From IMG/VR virus record IMGVR_UViG_3300011883_000001: a DNA stretch of 20,000 nucleotides; one strand, given 5' to 3'. The notes below the pieces were generated by a model, which was given only the letters and a program-made list of their open reading frames with translations, was not told the DNA's origin and did no database searches. Every line of letters begins with the position of its first letter. Within the stretch, counting starts at the first letter, position 1. Below are positions 7,674 to 15,713 of this stretch, in pieces. A program made the translations under genes and the position numbers. The stretch comes from an uncultured virus (IMG/VR IMGVR_UViG_3300011883_000001) (Duplodnaviria > Heunggongvirae > Uroviricota > Caudoviricetes > Schitoviridae).

Positions 7674-8057
7674 ATGCAACCTTTGTATGAAACTGCACTA
7701 GACAGGATCAAAGACATAAACATGGATGCTGAATTAGAACCTAGATCTCATTTCACTTATTTCAGTGGTACTACTAAGGTAAGACATCAAACTGTATTCT
7801 GGGCATATGACAATCTAGATTTAGCTATATGTATTACTTTTCATTTACCACAAATAAAAGAAGGCATCTCTAAGAGGTTTCTCTTACCTCTTGAGGAATT
7901 ACCTACTGATCCCTTGGCTATTACATTAGTATTAGCTACTTGGGTAGAGTTGGAAGAAAAAACTAAACGTAGAGAGTTAAACCAATTAACTCTACGTATT
8001 CTCCTGGCTCCTCTAATTATCTTCATCACTGTAGCTCTCGCTGCTTACTTCGCTTAA
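7674..8057 (+). CDS. Hypothetical protein with C-terminal membrane anchor
   Basis: C-terminal ILLAPLIIFITVALAAYFA; LEELPTDPLAITLVLA motif. Confidence 0.75.
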   Translation: MQPLYETALDRIKDINMDAELEPRSHFTYFSGTTKVRHQTVFWAYDNLDLAICITFHLPQIKEGISKRFLLPLEELPTDPLAITLVLATWVELEEKTKRRELNQLTLRILLAPLIIFITVALAAYFA

Positions 8058-8079
8058 TTAAATCTTAAAGGAATAAACC

Positions 8080-9039
8080 ATGTATAAATCTCCTGCAGAA
8101 ATGCAAGAAGAGATCGAACTCTCTTTATCTCGTAAACGTATCAAGGAGGTAGTCCTTGAAGAACTGACTTCTGATATGGACATGTTAGATAAGATTATTG
8201 AAGGTATTGAATACCTTGATGCATGGACCAAGACAGAATCTACCTACGAATCCAAACAAATGCGTAAAGATCATATTGCATCCATGGATTTACAAGAGAT
8301 TGTAGAAACTATCTATGTCACTATCCTTGCTCAGAAAGCTCCTAGTACCTTGAATAACCTTGCATGTCAGTTAGCAGGTATCCTTCAGTTTGAAGAGAAC
8401 TATCAAGGTATTACAGCTATTGCTGAGTGTATTGCAGTGCTTTGCCATACCAACGTGTATGACTTAAATAAGCCTCATAAGTACAGTTCTATCCTTGTAG
8501 TACCTAACTTCACTCTCTCAGATGAAACCAAGGAATTCATTGAGAATGCTCAGTATTTACCTCCTATGAAAGTATTACCTAAGTTCTTGATCCATAACCG
8601 TAGTAGTGGGTACAAGACGATTAAAGGTGATTCCCTGATTCTAGGAGGTAAACATAACCATCATACTGAAGATATCTGTCTGGATGTCTTAAACATTATG
8701 AACAGCATACCTCTGGTATTAAATCAAGAGATGTTAGCTATCCAGCAAGAACCTGAGAAAGACTTAGATATTATTGAAGACTTTGTAGGTACTCAACTGG
8801 AATACCAGAAAGCTATTAGCCAACAGAAAGAGAACTGGAAGTTATTCCTTAAACGTTCTGATCTGGCTTATCAATTAATGGGTACTGATCCGTTCTATCT
8901 CACCAACAAGGTAGATAAACGAGGACGTATCTATACCCAGGGATATGCAATCAATATTCAAGGTAACTCTTACCAGAAAGCCTGTATTGATCTTGCACGT
9001 AAAGAACACGTACACGTACCAGAGGATTTCTTTAAATGA
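8080..9039 (+). CDS. N4-like RNA polymerase II subunit 1 (gp15-like)
   Basis: YLPPMKVLP, SLILGG.HNHH..DICLDVLN and FYLTNKVDKRGRIYTQGYAINIQG (DxRGRxY motif of T7-type RNAPs). Confidence 0.93.
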   Translation: MYKSPAEMQEEIELSLSRKRIKEVVLEELTSDMDMLDKIIEGIEYLDAWTKTESTYESKQMRKDHIASMDLQEIVETIYVTILAQKAPSTLNNLACQLAGILQFEENYQGITAIAECIAVLCHTNVYDLNKPHKYSSILVVPNFTLSDETKEFIENAQYLPPMKVLPKFLIHNRSSGYKTIKGDSLILGGKHNHHTEDICLDVLNIMNSIPLVLNQEMLAIQQEPEKDLDIIEDFVGTQLEYQKAISQQKENWKLFLKRSDLAYQLMGTDPFYLTNKVDKRGRIYTQGYAINIQGNSYQKACIDLARKEHVHVPEDFFK

Positions 9040-9317
9040 TGCATTTAATCTTGCCAATATCTTTTGCAAAGAATCCAATCTATTTTTCTTATTCAGGACA
9101 CTACTTTTGCAATGCTGTGTATATGGCGTTGCATACCCAACACATCACAGTATTTAAAGTAAATGCTGGATTACTCAGAAAGAATTATCCATCACGTAAT
9201 ATTATAACTGTTTCTGCTGATCAAGCAGCAGCTATTGGTATGTTATTTGATGTTTTTGCTCAGCAAGATGTTGAATCATTCTATAAAGCTATTGAACAAC
9301 TGTTGGAGGTAAATTAA
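9036..9317 (+). CDS. Small hypothetical protein, possible member of the expanded family
   Basis: ATGA overlap with the RNAP subunit 1 stop; C-terminal ITVSADQAAAIGMLF...FYKAIEQLL. Confidence 0.7.
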   Translation: MMHLILPISFAKNPIYFSYSGHYFCNAVYMALHTQHITVFKVNAGLLRKNYPSRNIITVSADQAAAIGMLFDVFAQQDVESFYKAIEQLLEVN

Positions 9318-9668
9318 ATGTTATGGACAGAAAGAGACATTATGTATCTCAGTGCTTTATATACTGATGAATCATTTGAATCAGCTAAACACTTAATAGA
9401 TCCAACTAAGTATAGAAAACTCACAGAATTAACTGCTAACCGCGTAGTTATAACGTTTGCGTATTCTGAAATAGGATCTCAGCTTGTACACGCTTCTGAA
9501 TATCCTCTTATATTACTGGATGTTCGCTATGTAGAAACAATAGTTAAATTAGATGATCTTATTCAGATACATCAGTTAATGCTTCTATGCGGTAATCAAC
9601 CTGATGTATTTCAGACCATGGCTTCAGAATATTTAAACCAACAAGGATATAAACCAAATGAATCCTAA
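9318..9668 (+). CDS. Small hypothetical protein, expanded family (closest to 9658-9996)
   Basis: GGAGG SD; VKLDDLIQIHQLMLLCGNQPDVFQTMASEYL. Confidence 0.8.
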   Translation: MLWTERDIMYLSALYTDESFESAKHLIDPTKYRKLTELTANRVVITFAYSEIGSQLVHASEYPLILLDVRYVETIVKLDDLIQIHQLMLLCGNQPDVFQTMASEYLNQQGYKPNES

Positions 9669-9996
9669 TTCTTATTTAGATCTTGATGTGCTTTATTCAG
9701 TAGAAGCACATGATGAGTTTGCTCATCTAATGAATGACGAAGGTATAACTTCCTTTGAAGAGCAGGAACGGTTAACCATTACATTTAAAAATTCTTATTA
9801 TCCACATATTCTAAATGAATATCCGCAGTATCCCTTAACCATCTATAAACGTCATAAAGCTAACCTAAATCGTTGCTTAACTATCAAACAGTTCAAACAT
9901 GTAGTTAATCTCTTTCAAATTACTCTAGGTAATGAAGAAGCATTTAATGAAATGATCAAAGCTTATTTAATCTCAGAAGGAATCAAGCATGATTGA
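9658..9996 (+). CDS. Small hypothetical protein, expanded family
   Basis: AAGGA SD; LTIKQFKHVVNLFQITLGNEEAFNEMIKAYL. Confidence 0.8.
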   Translation: MNPNSYLDLDVLYSVEAHDEFAHLMNDEGITSFEEQERLTITFKNSYYPHILNEYPQYPLTIYKRHKANLNRCLTIKQFKHVVNLFQITLGNEEAFNEMIKAYLISEGIKHD

Positions 9997-10348
9997 TGCA
10001 CATTTAGCACTTAAAGTTCCAGTAGTTAAAGACAATCGCCAAGTACTTATAGATGCTGGTTTACTTAATCCTCATGTATCAACCCAATATTTACATTTGA
10101 ATATTGAACCCTCTACAACTACCTGGAATAAACAATGGTCTTTACGTTATGAAGATTCTTCTTATAACGGACGTACTTCAATCACAATTAAAGCTGAAGA
10201 GTTTATTAATGTATTTCATTTATTACAGTTAAATGCTCGATTACCTGTTGAAGCTTATCTTGGACCAGTACGAATTTATGCCCAACATCGTACTAACTTC
10301 AAGAATAATCCTCATTGGAAACACTTCCCAACTACTGAAACTGAATAA
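9989..10348 (+). CDS. Small hypothetical protein, expanded family (closest to 10360-10743)
   Basis: NRQVLIDAGLL...WSLRYEDS...IKAEEFINVFHLLQL. Confidence 0.8.
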   Translation: MIDAHLALKVPVVKDNRQVLIDAGLLNPHVSTQYLHLNIEPSTTTWNKQWSLRYEDSSYNGRTSITIKAEEFINVFHLLQLNARLPVEAYLGPVRIYAQHRTNFKNNPHWKHFPTTETE

Positions 10349-10359
10349 GGAATAAACCA

Positions 10360-10743
10360 ATGCTACAACCTAAAGTAATCTTTGCTGTATCTCTTAAGAA
10401 AAAGAATGCTGACAAAGAACGAGCTATCCTGATTAAAGCAGGTCTACTTACATCTGCTCAATCTAATAATTATGCTTATCTTATTAAAAATTATCCTTGG
10501 CATTTAGGCTGGAAGTTAACTTTACAAGATTCTTATAAAACGTCTACTTACAGACCATTCTTAATAGTTACAGCTAAACAGTTTGTACAACTCTACCATT
10601 TGAGTCAGTTAATTCCTAACTGTGAAGCTACTACCTTACTTGATTCTATTAAGCTAACTGCACGTAACAAATCAGTTCTTCTTTGGGGGGATGCAATAAG
10701 TAAGCAATATTATGCGAATCGTTATTTAAAGGATGCAGCTTAA
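10360..10743 (+). CDS. Small hypothetical protein, expanded family
   Basis: ERAILIKAGLL...WKLTLQDS...VTAKQFVQLYHLSQLIP. Confidence 0.8.
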   Translation: MLQPKVIFAVSLKKKNADKERAILIKAGLLTSAQSNNYAYLIKNYPWHLGWKLTLQDSYKTSTYRPFLIVTAKQFVQLYHLSQLIPNCEATTLLDSIKLTARNKSVLLWGDAISKQYYANRYLKDAA

Positions 10744-11051
10744 TGACCTATATAGAGCAGTATATTAATGATATCTCTGTTGGATGTAATGTATCTAAAG
10801 AATTAATTCAGGAATTTGCAGGTAAAGTTATTCTACCTAGAGAAGATATTCATCAGTATTTAAGGTTTAACCTACCTTTTCCTGGACATTATATTGATAA
10901 GGATCGTATGCACGAATCTTTATGGAATACTGAATATCAACCAATGATTTTACTTACTCAAGATCATTTCAGATCTCTGTATCAAATTTTAGTATTAACT
11001 GTAGATATCAACGTATTTCGTGCTTTTTTGAAAGAGCATAATTATCTCTAA
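10743..11051 (+). CDS. Small hypothetical protein, expanded family
   Basis: TAATG coupling; LLTQDHFRSLYQILVLTVDINVFRAFL. Confidence 0.75.
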   Translation: MTYIEQYINDISVGCNVSKELIQEFAGKVILPREDIHQYLRFNLPFPGHYIDKDRMHESLWNTEYQPMILLTQDHFRSLYQILVLTVDINVFRAFLKEHNYL

Positions 11052-11080
11052 CCAACCTAATTTACTTAAGGAATAAACTC

Positions 11081-11194
11081 TTGAAATCTTATTCACCTAT
11101 TGAATACCTATGCATTGATATTGCTAACTGCTATGGTATGATAAATGCTAACCATAGAGGATTGACAAATGAAAGTATGTACCCACTGCAATAA
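11081..11194 (+). pseudogene. Orphaned 5' end of the RNAP II subunit 2 gene (19 codons, running on as a 37-codon ORF)
   Basis: AAGGAATAAACTC-TTG then KSYSPIEYLCIDIANCYG, 16/18 aa identical to KSYTPIEYLCIDISNCYG at 11804-11857. Confidence 0.85.
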
Positions 11195-11795
11195 ACTATT
11201 ACCATATACAGCGTTTGCTAAACAATCTACAGGTAAACAAGGTTTACGTGCTGATTGTAAAGAATGTCATAAAGCATATGGATACACCGAAGAAGGTGTT
11301 ACTAAAGCTATGTATGCAAATCAGAAATCTAAGTCCAAGAAGCGAGGTCATGTACTACCTAACTATACATGGGAGCAATTCCATGCATGGTGTATATCAC
11401 AACCTAATTGGACTTTACTATTCAATGCTTGGGTTGCATCAGGTCATCTTAAAGATCTCAAACCAAGTGGTGACAGATTAGATGACTACCAATCTTACAC
11501 CTTAAACAACCTTCAATTAGTCACTACTAAGCAGAACTTAGATAGATACCGTAATGATGCTATTCAAGGGATCAACACTAAAACTTGTGTACCTGTTAGC
11601 CAATATACCTTAGACGGCGTGTTTGTTAAAAAACACCATTCCGTAAGTGAAGCTGCACGTGTAGTAGGTGATACAGCTACCAATATTCGTATGGCTGCAC
11701 AAAATAAAGAAATTAAACGTAAAAACCCTGATGGTACATACCGCATTGAAGTACGAAAACAATGTAAGGGTTTCAGATGGAAATTTGAGGATTAA
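11169..11795 (+). CDS. Free-standing homing endonuclease (His-Me/HNH-like core, N-terminal Zn finger, C-terminal NUMOD1-like domain)
   Basis: CTHC...CKEC; KPSGDRLDDYQSYTLNNLQLVTTKQN; PVSQYTLDGVFVKKHHSVSEAAR...CKGFRWKF. Confidence 0.85.
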   Translation: MKVCTHCNKLLPYTAFAKQSTGKQGLRADCKECHKAYGYTEEGVTKAMYANQKSKSKKRGHVLPNYTWEQFHAWCISQPNWTLLFNAWVASGHLKDLKPSGDRLDDYQSYTLNNLQLVTTKQNLDRYRNDAIQGINTKTCVPVSQYTLDGVFVKKHHSVSEAARVVGDTATNIRMAAQNKEIKRKNPDGTYRIEVRKQCKGFRWKFED

Positions 11796-11797
11796 AC

Positions 11798-12412
11798 ATG
11801 TTTAAAAGCTATACCCCAATCGAATATCTATGTATTGATATAAGTAATTGCTACGGCTTAGATAAAGACTTATTTGAAGACAGAATCCAATGGGTTAAAG
11901 ATAACTTTCATCAGTTAGATTCCTTTGTGGATAAAGCTGATGATAAGTATCAGTACATCAAAGCTGTCATTGCTTTACGTGAAGTATTAGCTGGTAAAGC
12001 TACAGGTCATACTGTAGCTCTGGATGCAATCTGTTCTGGTATCTCATTAATGAGTGCTATGACAGGGTGTATTAAAGGTTGTAAAGCTACTGGTTTAATT
12101 GACACTGGTTTACGTCCTGACGCTTATTCTGCTGTAACGGTAGAGATGAACAAGATTCTAACTAAACAAGGACTAGCAGCATTGGAGGTGTCACGTAAAG
12201 AGACGAAAGCTGCCATGATGACAAAAAGTTATGGATCATCTAATAAACCAAAGGAAATCTTTGGTGAAGATACTCCAGCTCTGAAAGCATTTGAAGATGC
12301 TTGTCATGCTGTTGCTCCTGAAGCATTTAAGCTCATGCAAGACCTGATTGATGCTTGGCAGCCTTATACCTTAGAACATTCTACATGCCTGATGGCTTCT
12401 CTGTGCGTTTAA
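11798..12412 (+). CDS. N4-like RNA polymerase II subunit 2 (gp16-like), N-terminal part; leaves the homologous frame near 12383
   Basis: YLCIDISNCYGLDK..FEDRIQW; motif A LDAICSG; motif B RKETKAAMMTKSYGS. Confidence 0.92.
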   Translation: MFKSYTPIEYLCIDISNCYGLDKDLFEDRIQWVKDNFHQLDSFVDKADDKYQYIKAVIALREVLAGKATGHTVALDAICSGISLMSAMTGCIKGCKATGLIDTGLRPDAYSAVTVEMNKILTKQGLAALEVSRKETKAAMMTKSYGSSNKPKEIFGEDTPALKAFEDACHAVAPEAFKLMQDLIDAWQPYTLEHSTCLMASLCV

Positions 12413-13032
12413 AGACTATGGAAACTGTAGAGAAAACTCTTCGTATTGATGAGCTTGACGATACAGCAATCACAGTCCACATCAAAGAGAACAAAGGATC
12501 TAAACGTGGTGTAGCTTTAGCTGCTCATGTAGTCCATTCTGTAGATGCGTACGTACTTCGTACTATGCAACGTAGATGCTCATTTGATTCTATTCAGGTA
12601 GGTCAGATAGCAGACATGATTCAGTGTGAGTTATACGAAGCATCTAAACCAACATTAGTAGATCCTAAGCTTGTAGAGCTTGTAGAGCTGTATAAAGCTA
12701 CAGGTATAGCTGACGTACGTATTATTGATTACATCACTGATACGTCAATTGGGGCTGTTCCACAGCCTCTATTAAAGAAGCTTGTTGCTATCCTGGATAA
12801 GATGCTTGAACTAGGTAGCTTTGATCTACTCACAGTACACGACTGCTTTAAGTCGCACCCCAACCACTGTGATGCAGTACGTTACTGGTACAAGGAGATT
12901 TGCGCAGAGATTGCAGATTCTAATATCCTGCAATGTATCTACTCTCAAATCGTAGGTTATGAAGTGACATTTACTAAAGCCATGAATGGTATTGGTAAGC
13001 TCATCCGACAAGCTAACTATCAACTATCTTAA
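12355..13032 (+). CDS. N4-like RNA polymerase II subunit 2, C-terminal part (homology from about 12385), -1 frame relative to the N-terminal part
   Basis: MPDGF.V, LAAHVVHSVDAYVLRTMQRRC, motif C TVHDCF, HPNH...VRYWYKEI.AEIADS, terminal NYQLS. Confidence 0.92.
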   Translation: MAALYLRTFYMPDGFSVRLKTMETVEKTLRIDELDDTAITVHIKENKGSKRGVALAAHVVHSVDAYVLRTMQRRCSFDSIQVGQIADMIQCELYEASKPTLVDPKLVELVELYKATGIADVRIIDYITDTSIGAVPQPLLKKLVAILDKMLELGSFDLLTVHDCFKSHPNHCDAVRYWYKEICAEIADSNILQCIYSQIVGYEVTFTKAMNGIGKLIRQANYQLS

Positions 13033-13037
13033 TTTAT

Positions 13038-13065
13038 AGACTACCTTTGGGTAGTCTTTATTTTT
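13038..13065 (+). terminator. Rho-independent terminator
   Basis: AGACTACC-tttg-GGTAGTCT-TTATTTTT right after the RNAP subunit 2 stop. Confidence 0.85.
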
Positions 13066-13079
13066 CTTAGGAATAAATT

Positions 13080-13403
13080 ATGCAACAGATTAATGAAGTA
13101 GCGGATGTATTCTTTTTAAATAAACCAGAATATTGTGAGTTATTTAAAGAGCTAGGTTATAAAGCTTATCGTATAGATGATGCTGAAGTCTTTGTAGCAA
13201 CAACTCAGATCACACTTAAACGTATTAAAGAAGAAAAAAGTTTCACTACCTTTGGTACTAATAACGATACCGATAGAGCATTAAATACTTCTATCCCTGT
13301 AACTAAGCAGATATTAATTCTTATGGATCTTATGCCTACAGAAGAAACCTATATAGCTGCTGTAAACCAAATCTTAAAGGAACAAATCAATGAAAGTATT
13401 TAA
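13080..13403 (+). CDS. Small hypothetical protein, expanded family
   Basis: FLNKPEYCELFKELGY...VTKQILILMDLMPTEETYIAAVNQIL. Confidence 0.8.
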   Translation: MQQINEVADVFFLNKPEYCELFKELGYKAYRIDDAEVFVATTQITLKRIKEEKSFTTFGTNNDTDRALNTSIPVTKQILILMDLMPTEETYIAAVNQILKEQINESI

Positions 13404-13662
13404 TTCTATTTATATTAAGCGCAATCGAGCGAACACTAATTTAATCATGGAACATGGATTACATATTGTAAGTTTTAATCCAGGACGTTTACTTAAAATA
13501 GATATTGCTTTTCCTGCAAGTTCTCCTAAAGGATTCCATACTGCTGTGTTTACTTCAGGAGATAACCCAAAGAAAGTATTATCAACTAAAGAGTTTAAAG
13601 CAGCTTTACTGATGCCTTCCTACGAGAGTCTACAAGCTTATTTAAACACTGTAATTAAGTAG
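13390..13662 (+). CDS. Small hypothetical protein, expanded family
   Basis: NTNLIMEHGL...LSTKEFKAALLMPSYESLQAYLNTV. Confidence 0.8.
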   Translation: MKVFNSIYIKRNRANTNLIMEHGLHIVSFNPGRLLKIDIAFPASSPKGFHTAVFTSGDNPKKVLSTKEFKAALLMPSYESLQAYLNTVIK

Positions 13663-13669
13663 GTGAGTT

Positions 13670-13915
13670 ATGGCTGTTAATTTTTTCTGGGTATCTATTG
13701 AAGAACCAGGAGTTATAGAGTTTCTGTTGCAACAGGGATTTAGGGAAACAACTCCTGTAACTTCCCCAAATAAACCAAGAATGTCATATTACGTAGATGT
13801 TCAAAAGAAACACTTCTTTGAAACTGTGACATTACCTACATGTACTCTTGAACAGCTTAAGTTATATCTAGCTTTCCCTGAGCTTAGACCTCTCGAATTT
13901 AAACCAGACTTTTAG
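13670..13915 (+). CDS. Small hypothetical protein, expanded family
   Basis: EEPGVIEFLLQQGF...CTLEQLKLYLAFP; AGGTGA SD. Confidence 0.8.
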   Translation: MAVNFFWVSIEEPGVIEFLLQQGFRETTPVTSPNKPRMSYYVDVQKKHFFETVTLPTCTLEQLKLYLAFPELRPLEFKPDF

Positions 13916-13923
13916 GAATAAAT

Positions 13924-14217
13924 ATGCAATTACCTCCAGCTATTTATATAGAAATACCTATCAATACAGTTGAGGCGAATAAACGTGGATTTACTATTTT
14001 AGGAGCTAAAATTTCAATAGCAGCTTATTCAGAAAGACTAATTAAAATTATTCCTAACTACCGTAGTATGTCTCTAAAAATTGTTAAAGATTGGAGAGGA
14101 TTTCCTGTCACCTTAGAACAATTAAGTGTTATTAGCATGTTACCAACATACGAATCTATCTATGTTTACCTGTTTGCTCTAGGGCATGATTTTAAGTATC
14201 CACAAACATATCGGTGA
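13924..14217 (+). CDS. Small hypothetical protein, expanded family (sister of 14223-14513)
   Basis: WRGFPVTLEQLSVISMLPTYESIYVYLFALGHDFKYPQ. Confidence 0.8.
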   Translation: MQLPPAIYIEIPINTVEANKRGFTILGAKISIAAYSERLIKIIPNYRSMSLKIVKDWRGFPVTLEQLSVISMLPTYESIYVYLFALGHDFKYPQTYR

Positions 14218-14222
14218 TTAAT

Positions 14223-14513
14223 ATGAAATTACCAGAAGTTGTTTATATAGTTACTAACTATACTCACAAAGAACTTAAAGAAAGAGAAGTAACCTTCTTT
14301 GGTCATCCTATTCAAGGTTTTGATCCCACAAACACTCTTATTGCTCTTTACTCTGATGAAACATCTTTAACCTTATGGAAAACACATGGTTGGCAAGGAT
14401 TTCAAGTAACTGATGAACAATTATCTGTTATATCTTTAATACCTTCTTATGAAGGCATCGTTCATTACCTGGCTTCGTTAGGTGATACTTTTGATTACCC
14501 TCAACATAGTTAA
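14223..14513 (+). CDS. Small hypothetical protein, expanded family
   Basis: MKLPEVVYI aligns with MQLPPAIYI of the upstream gene; WQGFQVTDEQLSVISLIPSYEGIVHYLASLGDTFDYPQ. Confidence 0.8.
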   Translation: MKLPEVVYIVTNYTHKELKEREVTFFGHPIQGFDPTNTLIALYSDETSLTLWKTHGWQGFQVTDEQLSVISLIPSYEGIVHYLASLGDTFDYPQHS

Positions 14514-14573
14514 GGATGCTCTGCATCCTAAGATGGTTGGTTGGTCCAACATTTCTCTTAAAGGAAAAAACTC

Positions 14574-15218
14574 ATGCTTAAACCAAAACATACAAATACC
14601 AAGACTGTCATCTATCAAGGTCTTGAGATTCAAATTCCTGAAGATGCTCAATGGATCTTCCTACACATGGCTCGTAATGATGTACATATCTGTACTTCAG
14701 TTGAAGAACCTGAATTCAAGAAGTTTACTTGGCAGCAAAAAGATAAGACAGTCATTATGGCTGTTGATGCTAAACAGATGTCTATTGGTCAAATCCAAGA
14801 CTCTCTCGAACACGTTAATGGTTTGCAACTACCACTACCTTTATTAGGTGAATCAGTTCCTGCTGAAGAACCTCAAGTAGATCTTCGTGAAGAAATCTTT
14901 AAAGAACAGATTGATCATTTAGACACAGTATTAGCTAAATTCAGTGAAGCTGCCTTCAAAGCAATTAACGGTGACGATACTCCTGAACGTAAGTATGAAA
15001 TTGTCCTTGGTCCTCAAGGATATGCTACTCAATTAGTTGATAAGATTAACAAGCTTAATGAAGTTACAGCTAATCGTTTAGAAAGCATTGAATCAGAACA
15101 GGATGAAGAAACTTGTGATTGTCCTGTATGCTCTGCTGGACGTAAACAAGAAGAGCCATCTAAAGAAGATGTACTTCGTTTCTTAGCTGAATTGTTTGCT
15201 ACTAAAACTCGTCATTAA
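14574..15218 (+). CDS. Hypothetical acidic protein with C-terminal CDCPVC motif
   Basis: AAGGA SD; 214 aa; EETCDCPVCSAGR. Confidence 0.85.
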   Translation: MLKPKHTNTKTVIYQGLEIQIPEDAQWIFLHMARNDVHICTSVEEPEFKKFTWQQKDKTVIMAVDAKQMSIGQIQDSLEHVNGLQLPLPLLGESVPAEEPQVDLREEIFKEQIDHLDTVLAKFSEAAFKAINGDDTPERKYEIVLGPQGYATQLVDKINKLNEVTANRLESIESEQDEETCDCPVCSAGRKQEEPSKEDVLRFLAELFATKTRH

Positions 15219-15234
15219 ACCAAGGATGTAATCT

Positions 15235-15504
15235 ATGTTTGATCTTCGTGTGTCTATCAATCCTTTAGAATCAGATATGCTTAATAGAACACCTCATAGA
15301 TTACGTGATCTTTTTTCAGGTTTTAGATTTACACGGTATTCTTTAAATGACTGTGAATATATCCAAATCAGTTCATCTAAAGAAAATACTGAAACGTTAA
15401 CAGTGAAAGAATTAACACCAGAATTGTTTCAAGTACTTGAAATGTTCCCCTCTGCCGAGGCAAGATATAACTTCCTGGTCAGCCATACCCTACAAGCTGA
15501 TTAG
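15235..15504 (+). CDS. Small hypothetical protein, expanded family
   Basis: LTPELFQVLEMFPSAEARYNFLVS; AAGGA SD. Confidence 0.75.
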   Translation: MFDLRVSINPLESDMLNRTPHRLRDLFSGFRFTRYSLNDCEYIQISSSKENTETLTVKELTPELFQVLEMFPSAEARYNFLVSHTLQAD

Positions 15505-15665
15505 GAGAAGCCTTGGTTCATGGCTTTAAGTGAATTAAGCACTTTACTGCCTCTACTAGCTCACCCCGACTAGAATGCGGTGTAATGGACAAGTCAAGGT
15601 CTACAATACCTTTTCCAGATGTTCCCTTGCATCTGACGAAACAAGGAACAATTTCACTCTTTACA
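15505..15665 (+). ncRNA. Candidate structured RNA with H-type pseudoknot (function unknown, strand uncertain)
   Basis: Long ORF-poor gap with several hairpins and interleaved CAGATG/CATCTG and CCTTG/CAAGG stems; a terminator follows. Confidence 0.4.
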
Positions 15666-15699
15666 GCCTATTTGTACCCCAACAGATAGGTTTTTTTTT
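15666..15699 (+). terminator. Rho-independent terminator
   Basis: CCTATTTGT-acccca-ACAGATAGG followed by T9. Confidence 0.8.
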
Positions 15700-15713
15700 A
15701 TCAGGAATAAAAC

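Noticed and set aside
11138..11797. Group I intron carrying the endonuclease
   Set aside because: There is no non-coding space for the catalytic core, and the downstream gene has its own SD, ATG and duplicated N-terminus.
15630..15645. CTGACGAAAC resembles a hammerhead ribozyme core (CUGANGA...GAAA)
   Set aside because: The two core halves overlap with no stem II, and the CTG is used in the pseudoknot stem.
15520..15689. Tiny ORFs MALSELSTLLPLLAHPD and MDKSRSTIPFPDV... in the structured gap
   Set aside because: The SD is poorly spaced or absent, the second runs into the terminator stem, and there is no supporting similarity; not fully excluded.
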